Source: Eledone cirrhosa (lineage: Eukaryota). Taken from it: a stretch of 64,000 nucleotides of DNA. How positions within the stretch are numbered: the stretch's first letter is position 1; every line of letters begins with the position of its first letter. Positions 43,600 through 57,646 of this stretch are shown piece by piece. Location of the stretch: assembly GCA_964016885.1 (NCBI GenBank), contig OZ024745.1:68324001-68388000 (forward strand), in the 5' to 3' direction. Below the pieces are notes generated by a model. That model made no database searches. It saw only the letters and a program-made list of their open reading frames with translations, and was not told the DNA's origin. A program made the translations under genes and the position numbers.

Positions 43600-44100
43600 A
43601 ATATACCAAAATATACGGTAGTGTCCAATCCGTATGAAGAACTCAATGTAATCCAAATATCATGAAAAGAGAAAATGCATTCAAAAATTTTCGTTGAAAA
43701 TCACAGGAAAACAGAGTCAAGATAAATTAATAAAAACAATGAATAAAAACAAAGAACAAGTTCCTTATATTAAAAAATTCATCATTTTACGATCGTTTCT
43801 AGGATATATATGTTTGTGTTGGTATGTATATCAAATAGATCTATGTAAAAATTTTACAAACTATCAGAGGAAATATACATACCTTCACATATATATGCTG
43901 TCTTCAGAAATATTTCTGAAGACAGCATATATATGTGAAGGTATGTATATTTTCTCTGATAGTTTGTAAAATTTTTACATAGATCTATTTGATATACATA
44001 CCAACACAAACATATATATCCTAGAAACGATCGTAAAATGATGAATTTTTTAATATAAGCAACTGTTTCTTTGTTTTTATTCATTGTTTTTATTAATTTA
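43600..44100. mobile_element. Family H fold-back; HHR with 101-nt stem II on both arms
   Basis: Loopless palindrome centred at 43911/43912. ATTT-CTGAAGA-(ATATATATGT..ACATATATAT)-GAAA-CGATCG-TA^AAAT. Confidence 0.78.
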
Positions 44101-44487
44101 TATATATATATATACTATATATAAATATATATACTATATAACATGTATATGTATATATATATATACATGTTATATACTATATATATTTATATATAATATA
44201 TATATATGTATGTATATATATAAATATATATGTGTGTGTGTGTGTGTATGTGTGTGCGTGTGTGAGTGTATGTGAGTGTGTGTATGTTTATTTGTTTACG
44301 TTAGTAGACTGCTGCCATACTGGAGCATGAATTGGTTGAACATATCAAGCCCATTACTCATATTTCAAGACTGGTAGTTATTTTATTGATCCTTTTTTGT
44401 CGATCCGCTATGTTGCGGGACACCTAAACACAGAGAGGCACAAACCGAAAGATAGACTCACACATACAAATATATATATATATATAG

Positions 44488-44656
44488 ATTGAAGACCCCG
44501 ACGGCTGAGCTCCTGCCATTTCGACGGCTAGCTGTCGAAACGGCCGGCGCTCAGCCGTCGGGGGTCCTCAATCTTTTCTTATTACCCACTCTACTACCCC
44601 AAGTATCGAGTACTCTGGTGGGTTATGGTCTAGGTGGTTTTTACCACACCCTATTT
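44488..44656. mobile_element. Family A-related fold-back (a relative also at 51497-51610)
   Basis: GAAACGGCCGGCGCTCAGCCGTC^GGGG..TTACCCACTCTACTAC. Confidence 0.7.
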
Positions 44657-45367
44657 TATATATATATGTATATATACACACACATATATATTTACACACA
44701 CACACATATATATATATTGATGTTCATAGAGTGCATGGGATCTCTAAAGCGAAAATGGGAATTTAGAAACGTATGAATTTTTAATTGCTGAATACTGAGG
44801 ATCATTCTCTTTCTTTCTTTCTCTCTCTCTTTCTCTCTCCCTATATATATATATATATAAAACATGAGAAGAAAGAAGAATACTGCGTGGTTTGCACATG
44901 GGTTACATATGATAAAAATAGTCCTTCGTCAGTGATTTTCCAACCATCATTGGTATTTCATCGCATTAAAAATCAGATACCTCAGGTTGGTGCGAGCAAT
45001 AACTAAAAAAAGTTATTGGGACCAGTAATTCGCGTAAAGCAAGGGGGACAAGTAAACAACATAGAAGGATAAAAGCAAACCGAAGATAGGTAAATAAACA
45101 AGCAACATGGTTGTCCGGTCAGCATAAGCTGGGTGGATTTCATGAGCGAGAGAGGTACAGACCGTGTTGATGTGTGTGAGATGTGAGCAAGAAGAGACCC
45201 ACACAAGCCAAACGGGAGGAAATGAGAAGGGGAGAAACAGAGAGTGAGTGAGTGGAAGTGTGAGGAAGAGGTCAGTCGAGAGAAAGTGTAACTGACAGAG
45301 GGGGAGAAAGAAGGCGAGAGAAACAGAGAGAGCGGGGAAGCAGTATATATATATATATATTTATATA

Positions 45368-45628
45368 TATAAGTATTAATAAAATAGATGTTCTTTTGAT
45401 CAATTACATTTTATTATACATATTTCGGATGTACAAAAGTACGTCCTCATCAGACAAAATATAATGATACATGACATACCCTGAGATGTTAAATGGTTAA
45501 GATTTAATCAAGGTAGTACCTTGATTAAATCTTAACCATTTAACATGAGGACGTACTGTTGTACATCCGAAATATGTATAATAAAATGTAATTGATCAAA
45601 AGAACATCTATTTTATTAATACTTATAT
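45368..45628. mobile_element. Family D fold-back with HHR at 45405-45463 (minus)
   Basis: TATATTTTGT-CTGATGA-GGACGTAC TTTT GTACATCC-GAAA-TATGTA-TA^ATAAAATGTA; centre at ~45516. Confidence 0.85.
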
Positions 45629-45664
45629 TTTAATAATAATAATAATAATAATATATATATATAT

Positions 45665-46020
45665 GGGATAACAAGTTATCGTTATAGGTAATCCAGTTAG
45701 ATGTGTTGTGAGTGCTCTGCGTCGTGGATAGTTTTAACGTACGGCTTTTTTTTACTCAACAAGATGCTTCCATAGTTATGCAGCGAGTTCACGGTAATTT
45801 TTATGCAGGTTATAGTTGGAGTAATAATAGTTAAAGAATGAAGATTAACATGGTTGGCTGTACAATAAGGGTTTTATTTAAAGTACTGACAATTGTTTCG
45901 TTGATCATGTGGGTCTAGAGTTCGATTAGCGAACTATAGACCAACATGATCAACGAAACAATTGTCAGTACTTTAAATAAAACCCTTATTGTACAGCCAA
46001 CCATGTTAATCTTCATTCTT

Positions 46021-46021
<1 letters not shown>
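45665..46021. mobile_element. Family I fold-back (3' half of HHR only)
   Basis: 45832-45924 is inverted at 45930-46021. GAAACAATTGTC^AGTAC..AATAAA. Confidence 0.78.
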
Positions 46022-46058
<37 letters not shown>

Positions 46059-46087
46059 AGTGGTTACACAACAGTTAGTTCACCATA

Positions 46088-46127
46088 CCGAGAACAATTG
46101 TTTCACCTTCGCGGATCTTCAGCTCGG
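46088..46127 (-). ncRNA. Minimal type I hammerhead (family J, 46040-46205)
   Basis: CCGAG-CTGAAGA-TCC GCGAA GGT-GAAA-CAATTG-TT^CTCGG. Confidence 0.75.
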
Positions 46128-46269
46128 GATGTGTATGGTTATAGGAACAGGAAGGACAACCGTACGAACGCGCATGCGCAAAAACTCGGTCACTTCACAC
46201 AGGCAATATATATATATATATATATATGTACATCTAACTATCTATCTATACACACATAATATACATATG

Positions 46270-46326
<57 letters not shown>

Positions 46327-46329
46327 ACA

Positions 46330-46770
46330 ATATATTAACAAATGGAAACTATATTTATAAAACCATATTTATTTCATTATACATATTTCAGGACACCAAA
46401 GCAAATTATGGTGCGCTTTCATCAGATAAAATATAATATAGATCAGTTTTATAAACAAATATTGACATACTCTTAAAAGAATGCGACCATGTCTGTTGCT
46501 AGCTCCCGGGAGCTTCCAACAGACATGGTCGCATTCTTTTAAGGGTATGTCAATATTTGTTTATAAAACTGATCTATATTATATTTTATCTGATGAAAGC
46601 GCACCATAATTTGCTTTGGTTTCCTGAAATATGTATAATGAAATAAATATGGTTTTATAAATATAGTTTCCATTTGTTAATATATTGTATTTTTACTCCA
46701 ACATTTTGTTGAGTGCTTTATATCAGTTATACAAATAGTTGCTTGTTGTATCCCAACAAATTAAATATAA

Positions 46771-46773
<3 letters not shown>
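46330..46773. mobile_element. Family C fold-back with two HHRs (46370-46433 minus; 46582-46645 plus)
   Basis: Centre CCC|GGG at 46507/46508. TATTTTAT-CTGATGA-stem II-GAAA-TATGTA-TA^ATGAAATA. Confidence 0.88.
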
Positions 46774-46834
<61 letters not shown>

Positions 46835-47031
46835 TGAATACATATAAACACAGACACACTTACATGTCCACACACATATATATACTCACGCACGTGCACA
46901 CGCATGCTCATATACCCAAACGTATGCGCTCTCTCTCACACGCGTATCTATAGACACATCAATATACGCATACACCATTTCTTTGCCACCCGCTCTGCTG
47001 TATGTATACTTGTCAATCTTCCATTATTTCA

Positions 47032-47219
47032 CGGTGGATTGGCAGTATCGGTAGAGGGTCGGACGCCATGCTTTCCAGCATAGTTACGTCCCTTTACGAT
47101 CTGAGTTCAACTCCCGCCGAGGTTGACTTTGCCTTTCATCCTTACGGGGTCGATAAAATAAAGTACCAGTAATGCACTGGGTAATTGCTGGCCTTGTGCC
47201 TAAAGTAGAAACAATTATT
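47032..47219 (+). mobile_element. SINE-1, well preserved
   Basis: TGGCAGTATCGG A-box, GAGTTCAACTCCC B-box, Meta-like body, and tail CTGGCCTTGTGCCTAAAGTAGAAACAATTATT. Confidence 0.88.
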
Positions 47220-47289
47220 TCAAATACTTGTGATTTTTCCATTTTTTTTTTCTCTGCATTTCTTGCGGAACTGAAATATATCTATCATC

Positions 47290-47474
47290 ATAATCTTGAC
47301 CATCATCAATATCTTTGTCATCATCATCATCACCCTCACCATCATCACCATCATCAGCATCCTTAGTATCGTCGTTGTTATCATCATCATCATCATCATC
47401 ATCACCATCCTTAGTATCGTCGTTGTTATCATCACCATCATCGCCATCATCATCATCCTCAACATCACCCTCGC

Positions 47475-47530
<56 letters not shown>

Positions 47531-48030
47531 CCCTCACCATCATCACCATGCTTAGTATCGTCGTTGTTATCAACACCATCCTCATCATCCTCAACATCCT
47601 CAACATCCTCACCATCACCATCACCATCACCATCACCATCCTCATCACCATCATCACCATCCTTAGTATCGTCGTTGTTATCAACGCCATCCTCATCATC
47701 ATCATCATCCTCAACATCCTCAACATCCACACCATCATCACCACCATCATCATCATCATCATCATCCTCATCATCATCACCCTCATCCTCAACATCCTCA
47801 ACATCATCCCCATCATCACCATCATCATCATCATCATCATCACGATCATCCTCCCCATCATCATCATCACCACCATCATCATCCTCATCATCACCACCAT
47901 CATCATCATCCTTAGTATCGTCGTTGTTATCATCGTCATCTTCATCATTGTCGCTGTAATCTCCATCCACATCATCATTGACGTCATTATTATCATCGTC
48001 ATCATTGCTGTTGTCGCCGTCGTCCACCTG
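47290..48030. repeat. Complex (CAT)n satellite
   Basis: (ATC)n with recurring CTTAGTATCGTCGTTGTTATC. Confidence 0.92.
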
Positions 48031-48673
48031 AGCACGCCAGGTACACATACGACCTTAAATTAATATTCAGGGAGATTCAGCATGATAACGCAGGTGAGAA
48101 GAGAGAAGCTAGAGGTACAGTCCATTCGACGGGCTTCTAAACAAGTTCCAATTGCAAGGATTGGTTGTCTGGAGGTTATGGTGAATGAAACTTATCCAAT
48201 ATGTCCTGTTATGGCGATCTAACCTTATGATTGGGAAGCGAATTTCGGTTATTGCCCCGAATCCTACTGCAGACAACACATGAGTGTCCCTATCAAACAG
48301 AAATGCTACCTCCGTTCCATCAAATGAGGTAGATCCCAGACAGAGCAGAAAACATTCCAACAAAGAGGTCGACAAAAAGTAAAAAGGGAGAGACAGAGAA
48401 AACCAGATGTCTGACCATCAAAATCAGCAGTTTCCTTGTATCAACTTTCACAAAAATATTGGTCAACAGAAGCAAGCTAGGAACCATACAGTTATCAGGC
48501 GAACCTCTTATCTACACAGCCATATGGTACAACACATATGTGGACGTCTGGCTTTGAAGCCTGACTACTTGGTGTTATAGACTCGCGAGGCTGATTGGCC
48601 AGTTGGCAAACAAAGGGGCTACTATTTTTTCACTTCTCTTAATCCGCTTCAAAATAGTATTTGACAAAGAAAT

Positions 48674-48860
48674 AACTGTTTCTACTTTAGGCACAAGGCC
48701 AGCAATTACCCAGTACATTACTGGTACTTTATTTTATCGACCCCGTAAGGATGCAAGGCAAAGTTAACCTCGGCGGGATTTGAACTCAGAATGTAAAGGG
48801 ACGTAACTATGCTAGAAAGCATGGCGTCCAACCCTCTACCGATACTGCCAATTCACCGCC
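48674..48860 (-). mobile_element. SINE-1
   Basis: Matches the family consensus. Confidence 0.87.
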
Positions 48861-49357
48861 CTTTGACAAAAAAATAACGTCATGGTCAACCACTGTATAG
48901 TCCTTGAGGATGGCATGATGTCAACCCCCCCCCCTCTCCTTATGGTTATAACGTTACACCGTTCTAGAGTTCTGCTCTTGTTTCTTGAAATCACTCGCTA
49001 TATTACCTACAGTGGGAATTGCTTATTGCGATCATATCGGAGCCATTTAGATAACAATAACTGGCTAATTACATTAAGAAGAGGATATAACAATATACCG
49101 AGTGTGTTCGGGACACGGTAATTTTGATCACAATATCCATGGTTATAATAAGCTGTAACCACTTTATATCTATATATGAAATAACTATATTATTTCCATT
49201 ACCAGGTGAATAGATAATTTTCCTGGCTCTGCACTTACCTTTTTTTGAAGTCAAATCCGATTGATGTTATATGTACATCTGAGTAGAGTTTATAAAGAGA
49301 ATTTTGTTATTGGAACAATGCCACAATTTTTTTGAGGACGACTATATCTCATTCATA

Positions 49358-49457
<100 letters not shown>

Positions 49458-49671
49458 AAAAACATTGGAAGAAAGAGGAATACTGCGTGGTTGCACATGG
49501 GTTACATATTATAAAATTAGTCCCTCATCAGTGATTTGCCAACCATCATTGGTATTTCATCGCATTAAAAATCATATACCTCAGGTTGGTGCGAACAATA
49601 ACTAAAATAAGCTATTGGGACAAGTGAATCGCGTAAAGCGAGTGAGACAAGTAAACAACATAGAAGGAAAA

Positions 49672-49717
<46 letters not shown>

Positions 49718-49769
49718 CATCGTCTCAGCCCCTCGGCTGGAACGCAGATAAATAATTATATATTTATAT

Positions 49770-50084
49770 GTCACAGAAAAAAAGAGAATGTTGCGACGAA
49801 AGGAATTTATTAGACATATTACAATTGTTTCTCGGGCGACCAGCTCGAGGCACGATCGATGTGGTGATCAAACCTGACTCTGAAATTGCGCGGTCCTCGG
49901 ATACGTCTCGATTCTACGAAGAAATAGGTAAATCTGCTTCGAGACGTATCCGAGGACCGCGCAATTTCAGAGTCAGGTTTGATCACCACATCGATCGTGC
50001 CTCGAGCTGGTCGCCCGAGAAACAATTGTAATATGTCTAATAAATTCCTTTCGTCGCAACACTGATTCTCTTTTTTCTGTGATA
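49770..50084. mobile_element. Family F fold-back with two CCGAGGA-core HHRs (49812-49908 minus; 49942-50038 plus)
   Basis: AGACGTAT-CCGAGGA-(62 nt)-GAAA-CAATTG-TA^ATATGTCT-AATAAA. The arms are near-identical. Confidence 0.82.
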
Positions 50085-50161
50085 TCATCATACTCTGCTC
50101 TATGAGGGCATCGAGTGCTCATACGGCCTACCGCATACGGACGCTTTAAGCATCCAACACC

Positions 50162-50246
<85 letters not shown>

Positions 50247-51293
50247 CAACCATCGAAGGATAGATAGTAAAGCCAACTCTAAGAGGATTTAAACTTAGAC
50301 ACGTAGAGAAACAACAAAACAGTGTAAGAGACCCTACCATTTTATTGCTCCCTTCCCCTAAAGGTGTCAACAATATGGCAGTAATATTGGCACATGGCCA
50401 TAAAATTATAAAATATGTATAATTGGTTGAATCGATCTCAGATTTTTGCCTCTGGGGGAGATTTATACTTAGAATATAATCAGCCGTAATTGAATATCAA
50501 ATATCATTTTAATCTCTCCACGTTCATTCCCGCAAATTTACAATCCCAGAGGAAGGTTCTACATAATGAGTACAAATAAAACAATTTCATTAATTCAGTT
50601 GATTATACACCCAGGCCCGTGCGTATCTGGTAATTGGCACAGGTGTAAAATTTAGGCCCTCAGAGCTTGTAATAGGCACAAGCCAGATGTGAAATGTAAG
50701 AACCCATTTCAAACTGTTCACTAAGTATTTAGAGTAACTAGTGCTATATACATTTGATTTATGTATTTGTTACAGATATATAGATGGGTATATAGTGAAC
50801 ATGATGAACTTACGAATAACAGAACTGAATATGAGAACTTCAGCTTCAAGTGAGCAGGCTCCACTCAAACTCCTATACCTGCACTATTTGATCAGCCGGC
50901 AATAAACGAACTAGAATTTGAGACTAAATGACCCCTTTAAAATCATATGGCTGAGCCAACTGGTCAAACTGTATCAAAAGTACTAGGCCCACACAAAATT
51001 GCCTTCTCATATCAAAAGGCCAGTCTATCTCACCGGCTCCTACTAATCTGGTATGTATACACTATCAATTGACGAACAGAGATATTGTGCCGAGAGAGCA
51101 CAAATAATTATCGTAAATTATTGAATATATGTATTTATTCATTTACAGTTTTCAGACATTAGAGCGCGGCCATGCTCGAGCAGGGCATCAAACGGATTTA
51201 ATCAACAACATCGACCCCAGTACTTCTATTTATCAAGCCTAGTGATTATTTTATTGACCACTTTTGTCAAATAGCTAATTTACGGGACGTGAA

Positions 51294-51404
<111 letters not shown>

Positions 51405-51408
51405 ATAC

Positions 51409-51497
<89 letters not shown>

Positions 51498-51620
51498 TAG
51501 GATGTGGTAAAAGACCAGAGTACTCGGCACTCGGAGTAGTAGAGTGGGTAATATGAAAAGATTCAGGACTCCAACGGCTGAGCACTGGCCATTTCGACAG
51601 CTAGATCCGAATCTGAATAT

Positions 51621-51675
<55 letters not shown>

Positions 51676-51750
51676 CAGGGTGTCCCAAAAAATGTATACA
51701 CCTATACAGGCAATATTTATTAGAATATTTATACTTGTTTTTAGGACACC

Positions 51751-51753
<3 letters not shown>
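51676..51753. mobile_element. Tc1/mariner-type MITE (78 bp)
   Basis: TA|CAGGGTGTCC.AAAAA...TTTTT.GGACACCCTG|TA: terminal inverted repeats with TA on each side. Confidence 0.8.
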
Positions 51754-51786
<33 letters not shown>

Positions 51787-52380
51787 GAAGAACCTCTGCT
51801 GTTTCGTTTACCAATTTTCACTCAGTATTGGTCAACCTGAGGATATAGTAAAAAAACATTTGCCAGAAGGTGACAGGAAAGTGAACTCGAAACGATGTAG
51901 ATGCAAAACGAACAACTTAACCACGCAGCCATGCCTGTGGCCATTACATGTCTTTTATTTTTTATTTTTTATATTACTCCATAGCTTCAGAAACAATTTT
52001 TTCAACTGACACTATGATTGATGAATTAGTATTGAGTATTTGACTATCGCTTCACATTTTTGCTGTTTATCAAACTCCACAACATATTCTCTATAGAATT
52101 ATAGATTTCTTTGGAAATCATTTTATTGTTATCAGTTATGTTTCCTACAGTTTGGTGACATACAAGTCGGTAGCTGTCAGAAAGAATCCACAACAATGTT
52201 TGACACTCGGCATTCATTACATAAAACCAAATAATGCTAATATGATGTCGAGCGATGGGGAAGTAAAATAGACATGTATGTATGTATGTATGTATGTATG
52301 TATGTATGTATGTATGTATGTATGTATGTATGTATGTATGTATGTATGTATGCATGTATGTATGCATATATATATATGTA

Positions 52381-52441
<61 letters not shown>

Positions 52442-52468
52442 ACATATATATATATATGTATGTATGTA

Positions 52469-52534
<66 letters not shown>

Positions 52535-53744
52535 CATATATATATATATATATATATAAATATATATATGTATGCATATATATATATATATATAAATATA
52601 TATATGTATGCATATATATATATATATGTGTGTATATGTATATAAAAATGTGTGTGTATACACAGACAAATACACACATACATACATATATGTGCGTGTA
52701 TGTAATATGTTCTTTCAAAGGTTCGGAACTTCTCGAGAACTGTTTAAAGAATTATTTCTATATTTACTTCTTTATCGGTAATTGATATCTGACTCGAATT
52801 TTCCAGATTTTTATTATTTTTTTTTTATTAAATTGAAAAATCAGTAATCGATTTCCTTAAAACAGCGAACATTTTTTCCGGCAAAATATGATATTAATCT
52901 TTAAAGTAAAATATTCAAACATAATTTAACTGGAAAATTGAATATTACTAAATAAATAGATAAATAAATAAATAAACAAATAAATAAGAAAGAAAGAAAG
53001 AAAAATGAGAGGTAAAAACAATGATGATTGATTGATTGATCTAAAATGCTTTTGGTTCAACACACTGTACAATTGCTTGATCTCCTAAACGGAAAGAAAT
53101 CTTAATTTGATAAAAATGAGAATAAAACCAGGCTCACTATTCTTCGTCTTTATGCCAGAGAAAAAGGAAAAGAGAATATCTTGAACTTAATGCTTATTGA
53201 ATAAAAACTTCGTGGCATTGTAATAGCGAAAACTTCACTCTAGTCTCATTTTAGTTTTTTATCGAAATGAAACAATAAACATAGCCATTGCAGAAAGAAG
53301 TTTTAAGATAATATCCGTGGCATGGACAGCTGTTAAGGGACTGTGATTAAATGGCAGACAGAAACATATTTATGTCTCAAGTGATTTAAGAGTATTGGTT
53401 TCTATCAGAGTTCAATCATTACTAAGGCTACTTGAAGACTAAGTGGATGGATGCACTATAACTGAATAGGTAAGAAGTTCGTTCCGCGATCGATAGATCC
53501 CGAGTTCAATCCTATCGCGTGATATCTTGGGCAAATGTCGTTTAGCATAGCCCCGATTTCACTGACACCATGTGAATAAAATTAGGTGGACAGAAACTGT
53601 TTCGAAGCCCATCTAATGGACTGTATTCGTAATTCAAAGGGCCAGCTACGTTACACAATATATTCCACTGACTATCCCTTAAAATTATTTAAGTGGTACA
53701 TGTATCTATGGAATGTTTAGTCACTTACACGTTAATTTTCCGTA

Positions 53745-54267
53745 TTGACTGTTCGATGGATCGAACAACTGTAACACTTATTGTCGAAACCAACAGAGAT
53801 CCATTCTCCCTCCACTGAGGATGAAGAATGAAAGGAAAATTATGGAAATTATATCAAAACAAAACAACAAATATTATAAAATATATATAAGTATAAAGAA
53901 AGTGCTCAGGCGCAGAAATGCTATGAAGATAACTTATAAAATAGGGAAGAACCTTAAAAGACGGAAAAAGAAGTTGCCATCAGCCTCTATGAGTCTGGAA
54001 GATATGGAGTTCAATGACTTTTAGTGGTCGTTGGCAACTTCTTTTTCCGTCTTTTAAGGGTGTTAACCCTATTTTATAAGTTATCTTTATAGTTCTACGC
54101 TTGAGCACATTCTTTTAACTTATATATATATTTTATAATATTTGTTGTTTTGTTTTGATATAATTTCCATAATTTTCCTTTCATTCTTCATCTTCAGTGG
54201 AAGGGGAATGGATCTCTGTCGGTTTCGATAATAAATGTTACAGTTGTTCGATCCATCGAACAGTCAA
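53745..54267. repeat. Long inverted duplication (~235-bp arms, ~52-nt spacer)
   Basis: 53745-53979 is inverted at 54032-54267 with scattered substitutions. Confidence 0.88.
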
Positions 54268-55329
54268 CATTTATATACATTTATATACATTTATATACAT
54301 TTATATACATTTATATACATTTATTCTCAGCGCATCAAAAGCCAAAAATTTGGCTTCGTACATAGTTTAAATATTATGAAGTTTACAAAATACAATAAGT
54401 TTGCCGTTAGTGTTGATTCGCTTCAATTTAGACCTAAGTGAGGAAAATCTCTGATGAAATGCATTCCAGCCATGACCATCCCATCTTAGTCTCTAGGAAT
54501 AGTGTGCCTAGAACTACAATATTTAACATCGTCCATTTCCGTAGAAAATGAACTTCCTTGAAGAAATACACGAGAATGATTGCTGGAAAAAGTAAGTACA
54601 TATAGAAATATATTTATTGCATCTATGGGATATCTGGTCTTCAGATTAACGGGTATCTGACTAAATGGTCTTCTGAATATTGGTCGCCCCGAAAATAAAC
54701 AGGGTAGGGAGTCTGGTGAGGTGGAATGGATTGATTTGGAAATGATTTATCACGGGTGTTCAATGTGCAGTCGGATTCAAAGCGAGTAACGTGGTTAAAC
54801 TGCTACGTGGTTAAACTGCTTATCTTTGAGAAGTGGTTAAAAGTAGGATTATGCAGGGGACACGTTTGACAAGGAAGCTGTAGTATTTACTACAGTTCAC
54901 CTATGTGGTATACAAAAGAAGCATCCATTGTAATTCAGACAGTGGTCTTACAAGAGTTGGCGTGGTGAGTAACTACTGACAAGTTTACTTTCTTAAAGGG
55001 TCAAAAGCTTAGTTTGAAAATCATTTGAGAGACTGATGTATATTGAAAACTCTTATGAGTGTGTGTGAGTGTGTGTGTGTGCATCTGTGTTTGTGTGCAT
55101 ATGTGTGTGCGTATGCACGTGATTGTGTGTATGCGTGTGTGTGTGTATGTGTATGTGTGTGTGTGTGTGTGTGTGTGTTAGAATACGTATATAAAATACC
55201 ATTTTACTCCAAAAATTCAAACATTAACGTCAACAATCTGTATTTATGGGTAAAATATAAATTTTATTTTCTAGTGACTTCGAAGATTGGCTGGTTGTGA
55301 CATACATTACATATCCATACATAAGTCGT

Positions 55330-56100
55330 AGTAATAATAGCAGCAGTAGTAGCAGCAGTAGTAGCAGAAGCAGTTGCAGTAGTAGTAGCAGTTGTAGTAG
55401 TAGTAGTAGTAGTAGTAACAGCAGTAGTAACAGCAGCAGTAGTAGCAGCAGTAGTAGCAGCAGTAGTAGCAGCAGTAGTAGTAGTAGTAGTAACAGCAGT
55501 AGTAACAGCAGTAGTAGTAGCAGCAGTAGTAGCAGCAGTAGTAGTAGTAGTAGTAGTAACAGCAGTAGTAACAGCAGTAGTAGTAGCAGCAGTAGTAGCA
55601 GTAGTAGTAGTAGTAGTAGTAGTAACAGCAGTAGTAACAGCAGTAGTAGTAGCAGCAGTAGTAGCAGCAGTAGTAGTAGTAGTAGTAGTAACAACAGTAG
55701 TAACAACAGTAGTAACAGCAGTAGTAGTAGTAGCAGCAGTAGCAGCAGCAGCAGTAGCAGAAGTAGTAGTAACAGCAGTAGTAGTAGCAGCAGTAACAGC
55801 AGCATCAGTAGCAGCAGTAGTATAGTAGTAATAGCAGCAGTAGCAGCAGCAGCAGCAGTAGCAGCAGCAACAGCAGCAGTAGTAATAGTAGTAATAGGAG
55901 CAGTAGCAGTAGCAGTAGCAGCAGCAGTAGTAGCAGCAGCAGTATCAGTAGTAGTAGTAACAGCAGTAGTAGCAGAAACAGTAGTAGTAGTAACAGCAAC
56001 AGTAGCAGAAGCAGTAACAGTAGTAGTAGTAGTAGTAGCAGCAACAGTAGCAGCAGCTGTAGTAGTAGTAGTAACAGCAGTAGTAGTAGCAGCAGTAGCA
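55330..56100. repeat. (AGT/AGC)n compound microsatellite
   Basis: Seen directly. Confidence 0.95.
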
Positions 56101-56284
56101 GCTCCCATCGCAATATTTCTGTGTCAGAAACTATTTTGAGAGTGATTTTTTTCTTCCATTCTACACTGCTATTAGTCTTAATTTGTATGTATGTATGTAT
56201 GTATGTATGTATGTATGTATGTATGCAGGCATGCATGTGTGTATGTATGTATGCATAGATGTATATATATATATATATATATAT

Positions 56285-56473
56285 AACGAAGGAAATGTGG
56301 TAAGGAACCAGGTAGACCATAACGCACCAAAGTACTCAATACTTGAGGTAGTAGAGTGGGTAATAGGAACCAGTAAGACCCCGACAGCTGAGCTCAAGCC
56401 GTTTCGACGGCTAATTCTGGACTGAATTAGCCGTCGAAACGGCTTGAGCTCAGCTGTCGGGGTCTTACTGGTT

Positions 56474-56477
<4 letters not shown>
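56285..56477. mobile_element. Family A fold-back insertion
   Basis: Long arm to 56423; short arm ends GTTCCTA. Confidence 0.85.
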
Positions 56478-56514
<37 letters not shown>

Positions 56515-56539
56515 CTATATATATGTACATATTCAATGA

Positions 56540-57054
56540 TCTATATATATAAAAATGAGGATGTCTGTCTGTGTGTGTGTGAGTTTGAATCCCTAAAACT
56601 AGAGAAACACCCAACCGACTGTTTTCAAACTTTACACATGTAATACTTATGTTTCAGGGAGTGTTCTGAGCGAAATAAATTTCAAAATTTCAATGCTCTA
56701 GGGACCGCATTAGGCGATTTAGCGATCTCTCTCTATAATTCTTAATCTTTCTCTTTTTAGATAGATACATACATATAACGTCGCGCCCTTATAATATCTG
56801 TCTGTATGTCTGGCTGTCTGCTGCCTCCGGTTATTCCGCTACCCTTGCTCAAGACAAATCTCACATTCATTCCCCAAACAGTTGGTAAGTGCACACAGCT
56901 TCTTCCTCACGTTTTAAGCCACAGTGTTGTTTACTTACGTACCACCAGACCCTTACTTCTTTGCCAGCCGTGGTTGAGGCAATACTAAGCTTAGCTAAGG
57001 CGGTTATATATTTCACAATACCCTATCCCGTGCAACGCCGGGTACCACTGCTAG
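56540..57054 (+). mobile_element. Non-autonomous Helitron
   Basis: A|TCTATATATATAAAAATGAG..TGTCTGTCTG start; subterminal hairpin CCCG TGCAACGC CGGG; CTAG|T end. Confidence 0.8.
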
Positions 57055-57055
57055 T

Positions 57056-57646
57056 ATTAAATATATGGAAACTATATTTATATAACCATATTTATTCTAT
57101 TATATATATTTCAAGGGTACCAAAATCTTTGGTACGCTTTCATCAGATAAAATACAAAGTGTGTTTTATAAATTTTGACATAGCCAAGAAACATACCTTA
57201 ACGGTTGAAGTTTTCTTTAGAGACAGATTTTTCAAAATTGTTAAGATGAGTATGCAAATGAATATGTAAATGAGGTTGAGGTATGTGTTTTTTTTTTCAA
57301 ACATATACCTCAACCTCATTTACATATCATGTGCATACTCATCTTAACAATTTTGAAAAATCTGTCTCTAAGTCCACTATCCAAGGAAAACTTCAACCGT
57401 TAAGGTATGTTCCTTGGCTATGTCAAAGTTTATAAAACACACTTTGTATTTTATCTGATGAAAGCGTACCAAAGTTTTAGGTACACTTGAAATATATATA
57501 ATAGAATAAATATGGTTTTATAAATATAGTTTCCATTTATTTAATATCATTGAATATTATACTCCAGAAAACTTGTCGAGTGCTCTGAATCAGGTATAAA
57601 CATTTATATTTGTTGAATTACCAACAAATTGAATATCCCTTCTGCT
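57056..57646. mobile_element. Family C-related fold-back with two HHRs (57093-57154 minus; 57447-57508 plus)
   Basis: TATTTTAT-CTGATGA-AAGCGTACC..GGTACACTT-GAAA-TATATA-TA^ATAGAATA; centre at ~57294. Confidence 0.85.

Noticed and set aside
47032-47120. tRNA genes at A/B-box sites
   Set aside because: These are multicopy SINE heads with no complete cloverleaf.
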